Source: Planctomycetota bacterium (GTDB taxonomy: Bacteria > Planctomycetota > B15-G4). From it: a stretch of 64,000 nucleotides of DNA. Under the pieces are notes generated by a model that saw only the letters and a list, made by a program, of their open reading frames with translations, had not been told where the DNA came from and did no database searches. Both the position numbers and the translations under genes were made by a program. Positions 38,601 through 46,415 of this stretch are shown piece by piece. Location of the stretch: contig JBBQUR010000014.1 in assembly GCA_038212275.1 (NCBI GenBank), forward strand, positions 1-64,000, written 5' to 3'. Position 1 is the first letter of the stretch. The number at the start of each line of letters is the position of its first letter.

Positions 38601-38712
38601 CCGCGATCTCCAGCCACGCTCCGTCGACACCCTCGAGCCGCTGACCAGGAGCCAGCCGCGGGTCCTCCCCCGCCTGAAGAAGCAGCGAGCATGCAAGCAC
38701 GAAGGTCAGCAT
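35692..38712 (-). CDS. TPR + CHAT (caspase-like clan CD) domain protein
   Basis: Long TPR-like array; IVPDGELARLPFEAL, HIAAHA (His), LVVLSACRT (Cys), FLTAGARGVIATLWKV, NPYYWAAF. Confidence 0.92.
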   Translation of the reverse strand: MLTFVLACSLLLQAGEDPRLAPGQRLEGVDGAWLEIAEAGTYTLARSDGALILDGERNDAGWLIAELAPGAHMLELPDGPGDVTALAGSVELASAADFLNRGIRHLDAAELPDARTALLACRARPGLSMHHGMARMMMGSLVFREGGDLQQARNLLIGSREAVVASGQLTLLASLEDYLGQVALALGDWNDAQQCFDRERAAAVDAGVKALATSRMAQAAAGRRDHDGARRLHEEALAALDEHCQAYYATAVRFEAGRWYQSRADFARAAQLLQLAAAGATVWTQQVEALGQLALVELLRGHYGTALGLMDRTQALAAPHMPSAYDSTLLQARSTLAFSLGEFGAARECVEQLLASVKSADERSTLLTNLALLSELQDDGDRAMQLYDESLSAAAETSRARWLALNGKAALLLDRELTPQAAPLSVEALSLAERLDDPYLRAVSLMTASEVNCRLGSLDTARSQADASVAGLMAQDAGDLLLPALHGVARAALLAGDEAKVAELLDRAWKESAREEISALSSLEAAQVRSRRSERNDWGSVAADLAARRAGHDPASVAEGLRRVAQWKSHTLLAALDGAAGAPSGVPTDLVPRLTSLLGDSALVEYVAGDARLYAFVLQGAELRLVDLGARRPIEELVQAYADDIGNEKGSLPDASEVIGLGRQLHQRLLAPLGLARDSVVIVPDGELARLPFEALVVSAPEGATRFDQIDFVLDRMDVSYAPSSAALVALAAPRSATLARGALLLGDPTYAAEVSPVLLAARGDTVTRWPRVPKTRDELARIARLLLTQRHDERVKDDLYELSQLETTRDVSLSTQSFELRLGREASVSALASLAPSARLIHIAAHAHIDRWDAHRSGLVLAWDAAGQGLFSLADIAGLKLDADLVVLSACRTADGPLLNGEGVQSMANAFLTAGARGVIATLWKVQDAEAEALMESFTTAFVVEGASPGRALRHAKQALRAGTASRGEPLTAERPDQEFGNPYYWAAFVYSGAAPEGEHHEAGR

Positions 38713-38878
38713 CGTTCGGATCCAGGCGGCAGCCCGATGCTTCCAAGCGGTATTTCAAGCCGGATCGAAGCCACACCTCGTCCACGGCCCTTCCGCGCAC
38801 CGTCCGCGCACGTTCCGCGCCAATGCGCGCGGGTGCGCGCGGGTGCGCGCCGAGAAGCGCCAGTGCGGGCCGGCACGC

Positions 38879-40540
38879 CTACCGCGCCGCCGCGTGCACA
38901 GGCTGCTGGTGAAGCGCGTCGTCGAGAAAGGCGAGGAAGTCTCGCTTGAAGGCGATCCGCGACGCTTCATGGATGTAGAGCATGTGTCCGGACTCGTAAT
39001 ACGTGAAGTGCAGATTGTCGCGCACGGACGGATCGAGGTTCATCGCGGCCACGGCGTTTTCCGCGGCGAAGAAGGGCGTGGCCACGTCGTAGTAGCTGGC
39101 CGTGACCCAGACCTTCAGATACGGATTCCGCGTCATCGCGCGCCGCAGGTCCTCGGCCGTGTTGGGAAAGCCGCCCGCCGCATCTCCGAAGTTCCACGGC
39201 CCGACGTCGGTCAGCGTCTCGTAGGGAATGTCGGTCTCGAACTTCAGCTCGCGGCGCACGTAGTCGTTGAAGGCCGCGGTGAGCGGGCCAGCCACGGCCT
39301 CCGAGCTGGGGTCGTACTCGCCGCGATCGGTGCCGGGCTCGTAGCGCAGTCCGGTGAAACGCGAGTCGAGCCGGCCGACGATCCTGTCCTCGCCTCCCAG
39401 CAGCTGCGTGAAGAAACTGGAGTCGGGCACGCGGAGCTTCCGCTGCAGGCAATACGCCGCGGGCAGGCCCGTCAGCCGCGACATCTCGGCCGCGATGCGT
39501 TCGCGCTCCGCGGCAGGAAGCGCATCGCCGCGGGCCAGCGCCAGCGCGTAATCGCCGCCGGCGAAGCTCCGCGCCAGAGCGGACACGTCCTCCACGCTCT
39601 GCGCCTGCAGCTCCTCGGGCAGTTTGTGGTGATACCAGGCCGTCGCCGTGTAGGCCGGCAGGAAGCCGATGTATGGGTCGTTGTTCTGCGGCGTGAACTC
39701 GAGCGTCTGGAACGACAACACGGACGACACGAGCACGATGCCGTTGAGGTACAGACCGTAGCGATCCTGAAGATAGTCTGACAGGCCGGCGGCGCGCGTC
39801 GTGCCGTAGCTCTCACCCAGCACGAACTTCGGCGACAACCAGCGTGCGTTGCGCGACGTGTAGAGCCGGATGAAGTCGCCCATGCTCGCGATGTCCTCTT
39901 TCAGCCCGTGGAACTGCGTCGGGCTCTCCTTCGGCATCGCGCGGCTGTAGCCGGTGGAGACGGGATCGATGAAGACCATGTCCGTCGCGTCGAGCCACGT
40001 GGATTCGTTGTCCACGAGCTGGTAAGGCGGCGGCGGCGCCTCGCCGTCGGGCGTGAGCGCCGCGCGCCGTGGCGCCATGCCCGCCATGTGCAACCAGATC
40101 GAGGCCGAGCCGGGCCCGCCGTTGAAGCAGAAGGTCAGCGGACGCGTGCCTGGATCCGCCACGTCATCCAGCGTGTAGGCGACGAAGAAGATCCGTGCCT
40201 TGGGCGTGAGGCCGTCCTTCGGAGCCTTGGCTTCGTCTTTGCCTGCGTCGACACCGGCAGCGGATGCTGCAGGCGGCACGCTCGCACCGGGAGCAGGCTT
40301 GCCTTCTTCCTCCATGAGCAGCAGGTAGCCCGTCGTCGCGTGATACTTCAGGGTCCTGCCTCCCATCGTGATCGTGTGGGCGGTGACGACCGGGGCCGGC
40401 TCGTCGTCAGCCTTGCTGTCGGTCGTGCCCGGGACCAGGGCCTCGGACTGCGGTGCGGCCCGCAGCGTGTCGCACGAGGCGAGGACGAGCAGCAGGGCGA
40501 GCGGCGAAACGAAGTGCGTGATGGTCGAGTGCTTTGTCAT
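38879..40540 (-). CDS. S10 family serine carboxypeptidase, lipoprotein
   Basis: LASC lipobox; FNGGPGSAS, FIDPVSTGYS, GESYG, YYDVATP, YESGHM. Confidence 0.93.
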   Translation of the reverse strand: MTKHSTITHFVSPLALLLVLASCDTLRAAPQSEALVPGTTDSKADDEPAPVVTAHTITMGGRTLKYHATTGYLLLMEEEGKPAPGASVPPAASAAGVDAGKDEAKAPKDGLTPKARIFFVAYTLDDVADPGTRPLTFCFNGGPGSASIWLHMAGMAPRRAALTPDGEAPPPPYQLVDNESTWLDATDMVFIDPVSTGYSRAMPKESPTQFHGLKEDIASMGDFIRLYTSRNARWLSPKFVLGESYGTTRAAGLSDYLQDRYGLYLNGIVLVSSVLSFQTLEFTPQNNDPYIGFLPAYTATAWYHHKLPEELQAQSVEDVSALARSFAGGDYALALARGDALPAAERERIAAEMSRLTGLPAAYCLQRKLRVPDSSFFTQLLGGEDRIVGRLDSRFTGLRYEPGTDRGEYDPSSEAVAGPLTAAFNDYVRRELKFETDIPYETLTDVGPWNFGDAAGGFPNTAEDLRRAMTRNPYLKVWVTASYYDVATPFFAAENAVAAMNLDPSVRDNLHFTYYESGHMLYIHEASRIAFKRDFLAFLDDALHQQPVHAAAR

Positions 40541-40646
40541 GGCAGGAGAATAGGACCTGCGTCGCGAAACTGCATCTCGGCGCGGCACGCTCGAGACCGG
40601 GCACTCCCGGCGCTAGCGTGCGGACCTCTCTCGATGGGCCGCCCGC

Positions 40647-42428
40647 ATGACAGCCAGCACCTGGCGCCAGATGATTCGCGCCGTGCTGACGCCGCAGGTC
40701 CCCGAGGAGCGCCGTGCCGTCGCCGTCGCACGGGAGCGCCTGCCGTCGCCGCTCGCCGACGATCCGCGCCAGTTTCTCGGCCGGCACACGGCAGGCTGCG
40801 GCGCGACCTGGGGCATCCACGAAGCCTGCCAGTTCGCCTGCAGCGCCTGCTATCTGCCGGCCGAGGCCGATACCACGCCCCCGCTGCCGGCTCTCGAGGT
40901 CACCGCGCAGCTGGAGGCCTTGCGCGCGCATCTCGGCCCCTGGGGCACTGTCCAGATCACGGCTGGCGAGGTCACGCTGCTGCCGGTGGAGCGCGTGCTG
41001 GACATCCTGCACACGTGCCGGCGGCTGCAGCTCACGCCGATGCTCATGACCAACGGCGAGGTGCTGCGCAACGAGCCCGACTTCGGCCACCCCGATTGCA
41101 CGAGCGTGACGCCGTTGCTCGTGGTGCGCATCGGCACGACGCGACACATCGTGCAGGCGCAGCGGCCGGGCTCGCGGCTCGACCGCTGGTTTCTCGCGCG
41201 ACTGCTCACCGGCGGACTCGCCGGCTACAACCCGATCGGCGAAGCGCGCCGTGTCGCCTGCGCGCGGCTGATCGGGCGCCTCGCAAGGAACCCCAGGCTG
41301 CTGCTCGACATTCCGCTCTTCGCCGCTTGCCGGCTGTGGAGCGAGCGCAGGATCGTCCTGCGGCTCGTCGGCGGGTTGTTCACGCGCACCGTGGTCTCGA
41401 TGCGCCCGCTGACGATCGTCGTGCACAACTTCATGGCAGCCGACGAACTGCAGACGCCCGTCGGGCGCGAGCGCCTGCGAGCCTGCTCCTTCCGCGTGGC
41501 GCTGGATGGCGAGCTGGTCTCCATGTGCGAGTTCAACGCCACGGAGACCCGGCGCACGCAGCTGCTCGCCCTGCAGCCGACGGGCACGGCCTCCCCTCGT
41601 GCGGCCACGGCAGCCGCAAACACCGCGGTGCGCGCGCTGCTCCTGCTGTGCGCCGCCCTCGTCACGGGCTGCTTCTCCACGTTGCACGCTCCACCGCCCG
41701 CCACGGCCGCTGTCCGGACAATCCTTGCCTCGCCCGCGACCTCCGTACGGCAGGCGCCGGGCTTCGACGACAGCGACTGGCGCGACGTGCTCATGCGCTT
41801 CGTCGACGAGCGCGGCCGCGTCGATGACGCCGCACTGGCGGGCCAGCGCTCGGCGCTCGACCGCTTCGTCGCGCGGCTCGCCCTCAGCGGCCCCGAGACG
41901 ACCCCGGAGTCCTTCCCCACAAAGCAGGACCGCGTCGCCTACTACCTCAATGCCTGCAACGCCCTGGTCATCTTCAGCGACCTGGAGCACCCCGGGCTCG
42001 AGTCGGACAACGACAGCAAGATCGACTTCTTCTACCTGACCTGCTTCCAGCTCGACGGCGCCGAAGTGAACCTCTACGAACTCGAGAACGACATCGTGCG
42101 CCCCCGCTTCCGGAGGCCGGAGGTGCACATCGCGCTCAACTGCGTCAGCATCAGCTGCCCGGAGCTGCCCCGCGAACCCTTCACCGGGGCCCTGCTGGAC
42201 GCGCAGCCCGCCGCCCGCGCCACGCGCTTCCTGCACGCCCGCAGCAACGTCACGACGGAAGACGGCGCGCTGGTGCTCTCGGAGATCTTCGACTGGTTCG
42301 CGGAGGACTTCGTGCCCGATGCGCCGACCTGGATCGCCGCGCAGGCGCCGGACCTCCGCCTGTCGCCCGGCCTCCCCGTGACATTCCGCCCCTGGAACTG
42401 GGGGCTCAATGCATCCACGAGCCACTGA
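40647..42428 (+). CDS. Apparent fusion: internally shortened radical SAM protein + DUF547 lipoprotein (possible separate GTG start at 41628)
   Basis: CQFACSAC (CxxxCxxC), VQITAGEV, MTNG, ACSFRV..SMCEFN; then VRALLLLCAALVTGC and DUF547 motifs AYYLNACNA, LYELENDIVR, HIALNCVSISCP, LSEIFDWFAEDF, WNWGLN. Confidence 0.7.
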   Translation: MTASTWRQMIRAVLTPQVPEERRAVAVARERLPSPLADDPRQFLGRHTAGCGATWGIHEACQFACSACYLPAEADTTPPLPALEVTAQLEALRAHLGPWGTVQITAGEVTLLPVERVLDILHTCRRLQLTPMLMTNGEVLRNEPDFGHPDCTSVTPLLVVRIGTTRHIVQAQRPGSRLDRWFLARLLTGGLAGYNPIGEARRVACARLIGRLARNPRLLLDIPLFAACRLWSERRIVLRLVGGLFTRTVVSMRPLTIVVHNFMAADELQTPVGRERLRACSFRVALDGELVSMCEFNATETRRTQLLALQPTGTASPRAATAAANTAVRALLLLCAALVTGCFSTLHAPPPATAAVRTILASPATSVRQAPGFDDSDWRDVLMRFVDERGRVDDAALAGQRSALDRFVARLALSGPETTPESFPTKQDRVAYYLNACNALVIFSDLEHPGLESDNDSKIDFFYLTCFQLDGAEVNLYELENDIVRPRFRRPEVHIALNCVSISCPELPREPFTGALLDAQPAARATRFLHARSNVTTEDGALVLSEIFDWFAEDFVPDAPTWIAAQAPDLRLSPGLPVTFRPWNWGLNASTSH

Positions 42429-42499
42429 GCGCATCTCGCCGCCGGGCGCATGATCGGCCGTGCCCTCCCGCGCCACGCAGCGCGTGCTAGTCTCGCCGC

Positions 42500-42886
42500 A
42501 TGGTGGATGGACACTGGAAGCGGCTCGCGACGTCCTCGGCGCTGCTCGCCGTCGTCGTGCTCGTTGCGGGCGGCCTGCTCGCGCTCATCGGCAGCACGGT
42601 GTTTCCGCAAGCCGGCATGTTCGTGTGGGCGGCCGTCGTGCTGCTGGTCTTCGTGCTCTTCCAGCTCGCCATGTTCCGCGTGCTGGGGCTGCGTTCACAC
42701 GCCGACGAGTTGCCGGCCGACACGCGGCCGGCGCCGCGCCAGGCCGCTTCCGTCGCGCAGACCGACGAGCACGCGCACGAGCACGTGCCGCCCGGTGCTG
42801 CAGACGCCGAGGATGCCGACGACGCCGAAGCTGCCGAGGGAGCCGAAGGAGCCGATGCCCGCGACTGGCGCGCGTGGCGCGGCTGA
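42500..42886 (+). CDS. Small membrane protein (2 TM, acidic tail)
   Basis: Two hydrophobic helices then a D/E/A-rich tail ending DWRAWRG; GC3-rich codons. Confidence 0.6.
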   Translation: MVDGHWKRLATSSALLAVVVLVAGGLLALIGSTVFPQAGMFVWAAVVLLVFVLFQLAMFRVLGLRSHADELPADTRPAPRQAASVAQTDEHAHEHVPPGAADAEDADDAEAAEGAEGADARDWRAWRG

Positions 42887-42956
42887 GCGCCCGCGCGTGC
42901 CACCCGCTGCCGCCAGCGCTCGCGGCAGCGGACCTGCCGGTGCCACGGGGCAAGTG

Positions 42957-43045
42957 TGGTGCCAGAGGGGGGACTTGAACCCCCACGCCTCGTGAGAGGC
43001 TGCGGATTTTGAATCCGCCGCGTATGCCGATTCCGCCACTCTGGC
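42957..43045 (-). tRNA. tRNA-Leu(CAA)
   Basis: GCCAGAG/CTCTGGC acceptor, GCGGA-TTCAAAA-TCCGC anticodon arm, long variable arm, TTCAAGT, CCA; extended -10 TGcTATCAT just upstream. Confidence 0.95.
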
Positions 43046-43090
43046 TCGCGGCGGGATGATAGCAAGGGTCACGGCCGCGGCGCAGCGCAG

Positions 43091-43146
43091 CGCCGGGCAG
43101 CGTCGGGCCGCGCCGGGCCGCGCCGGGCAGCGTCGGGCCGCGCCGG
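43091..43146. repeat. Tandem 10-bp repeat CGYCGGGCMG (x5.6) with 30-bp higher-order period
   Basis: cgccgggcag cgtcgggccg cgccgggccg cgccgggcag cgtcgggccg cgccgg. Confidence 0.8.
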
Positions 43147-43154
43147 CGACCGAC

Positions 43155-43838
43155 TCAGGCCAGCAGGCCCTCGAGTCCGACGTGCAGGCCGCTCAGTGCG
43201 CGCACGCGCCGCACGGCCAGCAGCACGCCGGGCATGTAGGCACTCCGGTCGGTGACCTTGTGCACGAGTTCGAGGCTCTCGCCGGCCTGCTCGAAGCGCA
43301 CCGTCTGTTCGGCCAGGGCATCGTCCCGGCGCTCGCTCGTGATCGGCACCTGCATCTCCGACGACGCCCCGCCGGCTGCGGCCAGCGCGGCAGCCGTGGC
43401 GCGCGCGGTGCCCGAAGGCGCGTCGCGCTTGCCGACGTGGTGCACCTCGTGGATGCCGACGCAGGGCATGTGCCGGGCGACCTCCGCCGAGAGGCGCATC
43501 TGCAGCACCGCGCCGACCGAGAAGTTGGGCACGAGCAGCCCGCCCACGTGGCCTCGATCGCAGGCCGCGCGCAACGCTCCGACGTCCTCCGCGGACAGCC
43601 CGCTCGTCCCGATGACCGGGCTGATGCCGCGCTCCGCGGCCAGCGGACCCAGTTCACGACTCGCCGGAGCGAGCGTGAAGTCCAGCAGGACATCCGGCCG
43701 CACCAGCTCGAACACCGCGGGAGCATCCGAGCCGCGCACGAGCGTGCCGCAGACCTCGATGCCCTCGGCCGATTGGAGCGTCGCGAGCGCGAGCCGCCCC
43801 ATGCGCCCGGCAACGCCTGCCACCACGACGCGGATCAC
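43155..43838 (-). CDS. dapB: 4-hydroxy-tetrahydrodipicolinate reductase
   Basis: VAGVAGRMG, DFT, VIGTSG, PNFSVG, EVHHVGKRDAPSGTA; GTGA overlap with ddl. Confidence 0.93.
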   Translation of the reverse strand: MIRVVVAGVAGRMGRLALATLQSAEGIEVCGTLVRGSDAPAVFELVRPDVLLDFTLAPASRELGPLAAERGISPVIGTSGLSAEDVGALRAACDRGHVGGLLVPNFSVGAVLQMRLSAEVARHMPCVGIHEVHHVGKRDAPSGTARATAAALAAAGGASSEMQVPITSERRDDALAEQTVRFEQAGESLELVHKVTDRSAYMPGVLLAVRRVRALSGLHVGLEGLLA

Positions 43839-44914
43839 GCCGTGCCTCCCCGGAGCGCGCGCGGCGCATCGGCGGCCGGTGTGTCGGCGTCGGCAAGCAC
43901 GGCAGACAGCACGTCGAACCGGCTCAGGCCGTACACGCCGGCCGCGCGCGGCACCAGGCTGTGGGAGGTGAAACCGGGCAGGGTGTTCAACTCGAGGAAG
44001 ACCGGCACTTCGTCGGCAGATCGCACGATGAAGTCCACGCGCACGACACCACGCAGCTCGAGTCCCTCGTACAGGCCTCGCGACACGCGCTCCACGAGCA
44101 ATCGGGCTTCGTCGCTCACGGGAGCCGGGCAGGCGAACTGCGTGTCGTCGGCCTCGTACTTCGCGTGGTAGTCGTAGAAGGCATCGCCCGCCGGCCGGAT
44201 GGAGACCAGCGGCAGCGTGATCACGGCGCCGGCGCGCCGCAGCACGCCGCATGCGATCTCGGTGCCGGACTGCCATTCCTCCACCATCGCGCGACCGGTG
44301 GGATCGGCGGAGCAGGCCGCAAGCACCGCGGGGACAAGCTGCTCCTCGCTGCGCACGCGACTCACGCCAACGCTGCTCCCGCCGCACACGGGCTTCACCA
44401 CGCACGGCAGGCCGATGAGCTTCAGCAACCGGTTCACGGGCACCTTGCCCGGCGACGCGGCGGCCAGCGTGACGAGCTCGTGCCGCGCACACGGCGCGCC
44501 GAGCTTGCTCGCCGCGAGCTTGGACAGGTCCTTGTCCATGCCGATCTCGGAGGCGTGGCTGCCGCTGCCCGTGAAGCGCAGGCCGTGCTGCTCGAACAGG
44601 CGCTGCAGGCGACCGTCCTCGCCGAAGGCGCCGTGCAGCGCGAGGCAGGCCGTCTCGTGGCTGCGGCCCAGCTCGGCCAGCGCCGCCTGTAGTGGCACGC
44701 CCGGCTCGCGCGCGGCGGCTGACAGGTCCGAGCCTGCCGTGCCGAAGTGCCACACGTTGTCGCGCGAGATGAAGACGGGTCGCACGACCACGCCACCCGC
44801 CTGCAGCTGCGCCGCCATCTCGGCGCCCGTCTGCAGCGAGACCTCATGCTCCGCGGACGGTCCGCCGGCGAGCAAGGCCACCTTCATGCCGTCAGAGCCG
44901 ATCGATGTCGCCAC
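43835..44914 (-). CDS. ddl: D-alanine--D-alanine ligase
   Basis: GGPSAEHEVSL, LHGAFGEDG, MDK, VVKP..GSSVG, FYDYHAKY, LELNTLPGFT..SLVP. Confidence 0.94.
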   Translation of the reverse strand: MATSIGSDGMKVALLAGGPSAEHEVSLQTGAEMAAQLQAGGVVVRPVFISRDNVWHFGTAGSDLSAAAREPGVPLQAALAELGRSHETACLALHGAFGEDGRLQRLFEQHGLRFTGSGSHASEIGMDKDLSKLAASKLGAPCARHELVTLAAASPGKVPVNRLLKLIGLPCVVKPVCGGSSVGVSRVRSEEQLVPAVLAACSADPTGRAMVEEWQSGTEIACGVLRRAGAVITLPLVSIRPAGDAFYDYHAKYEADDTQFACPAPVSDEARLLVERVSRGLYEGLELRGVVRVDFIVRSADEVPVFLELNTLPGFTSHSLVPRAAGVYGLSRFDVLSAVLADADTPAADAPRALRGGTA

Positions 44915-44992
44915 GCCTCGCCCTCCTGCTCGCCGTCGGCTCCGCCGCTCCTGCCGCAGCTCGCGGGACTCCGGAGACTTGTGCCGGGAACT

Positions 44993-46411
44993 TCAGGACC
45001 GGTCGAAGACCGGCCCGTAGTCGCCGCGAGTGAGATTAGCGAGGAATTCCTCCTGATCCAGCGCGAAGAGCGGGCCGACGTCCGCGGCGCCCGCCGGACC
45101 GGCGAGGCCGGCGGCCGCCATCCAGCGGCGCGCCTGATCGGCCAGCGCATCCCGGGCCGAGGCCGGACTGTCCTCGCCCTGCGCGTTCTTCACCGGCGCG
45201 AACTCGTCCTCGCGGCGCACCTCCTGCGTGACGACCCGCTCCGCGAAGCCCAGCGCGTCGAAGACGAACATCTCCAGTTTCACCGCGTTGGGGCGATCGG
45301 GCTTCATCGGCTCGCCGTGCTCGTCCAGGCACGCGACGATCTTGTCAGCGCGGTGGACGGGCAGCTCGATGCCGGCGCCCGTGATGCGGCGCACGAACGG
45401 CACGGCCAGCATGTGGATCGCGATGTTGCCCGCGCGATGACGCAGGCGGCCCGCGTCGTCCCGCGCGGCGGCAAGCTCCGGGTGCAGGTCGCTGTATTCG
45501 ATGACGCCGACGCGCCCGTCGATGCGTGCCACGACTCCGACCTTCTCGCTGGCGTCTCGCTTGGGAACGACCTTGCTGGACATCTCCGCCTGGCCCAGCG
45601 CGTGGTGTCCGATGAAGACGGGATCGAGCACGCGCGCCAGTGGATTGTCCACCTGGAAGTAGAAGATCTGCTCCACGCCCCGGCGCGACATGTCGTCCAG
45701 CGCTCCGCTGCGGAGCATCGCGAACAGGCTGCCGCCGTGACCGTCGGGGCTCATGCAGAGCTCGCCCCGTCCTGCGAGAAGCAGTTTGCCGTGCCTGTCC
45801 ACCGCGGGCAGCATGCCCTGCACGAGAAAGCGCACCTGGTCCGGTTCCAGGCCGAAGAACTGCGCCTCGTGAAAGGCCGCGACACTGCTCTCGTGATTGC
45901 TTTCGGAGGTCATCACGTAGAGCGGCGCCGCCGCTCCGTAGCGTCGCGACGTCGCCAGCACGCGCTGGGCATGGTAGGCAAAGAGGGAACGGTTGGTCAG
46001 CGGCCCCACGGGATAACGGCCCTTGGGTCCGTCGTAGCCGAGACGACTGCCCTGCCCGCCCGCAACGAGAAAGGCTGCGACAGCTCCCTTGCGCAGCAGC
46101 TCCTCGCCGGCGGCGCGCGCCGCGGCATCACGCGCGCGGTGCTCGCTGCCCTCGCCCCACTCGAGCAGATCGCACGGCTCGACGACGGCCGGCGACGCCC
46201 GTCCCGGAGCGGCGCCCTGCGCTGCGCCCGCACCGCCGAGCACCGCGTGAATGAGTCGGGGCAGGCGCTGCAGGTCGAGCGACTCGAGCTGCCCCAGGAA
46301 GCGCTGAAGTTCCGCGTCGGCGAGACGATCCGCGAAGCGCAGCACGTGACCCTGGTCGATGCGCGCAAGGGCCGCGGCCAGCCGCTCGCGCCGATCGCCG
46401 GACGCCGTCAT
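44993..46411 (-). CDS. UDP-N-acetylglucosamine pyrophosphorylase, eukaryote-type (UAP1/UDPGP type 1 family)
   Basis: VAGGQGSRLG..PKG, YVMTS, SPDGHGG, QVDNPL, EKVG, IEYSD, KLEMFVFD, EFAPVKN. Confidence 0.9.
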   Translation of the reverse strand: MTASGDRRERLAAALARIDQGHVLRFADRLADAELQRFLGQLESLDLQRLPRLIHAVLGGAGAAQGAAPGRASPAVVEPCDLLEWGEGSEHRARDAAARAAGEELLRKGAVAAFLVAGGQGSRLGYDGPKGRYPVGPLTNRSLFAYHAQRVLATSRRYGAAAPLYVMTSESNHESSVAAFHEAQFFGLEPDQVRFLVQGMLPAVDRHGKLLLAGRGELCMSPDGHGGSLFAMLRSGALDDMSRRGVEQIFYFQVDNPLARVLDPVFIGHHALGQAEMSSKVVPKRDASEKVGVVARIDGRVGVIEYSDLHPELAAARDDAGRLRHRAGNIAIHMLAVPFVRRITGAGIELPVHRADKIVACLDEHGEPMKPDRPNAVKLEMFVFDALGFAERVVTQEVRREDEFAPVKNAQGEDSPASARDALADQARRWMAAAGLAGPAGAADVGPLFALDQEEFLANLTRGDYGPVFDRS

Positions 46412-46415
46412 CGCG

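Noticed and set aside
38790..38850. GC-rich direct/inverted repeats (ccgcgcac.. / gcgcgcgggt) after the S10 gene
   Set aside because: Probably a terminator-like hairpin or low-complexity sequence; the stem is imperfect and there is no U-tract.
32206..42957. Integrative element between tRNA-Val and tRNA-Leu
   Set aside because: No integrase or transposase, and I found no duplicated tRNA 3' end (att site) by eye. Kept only as a possible islet in the findings.
43091..43146. Possible CRISPR array
   Set aside because: Units are 10 bp and contiguous with no unique spacers; no cas genes in the window.
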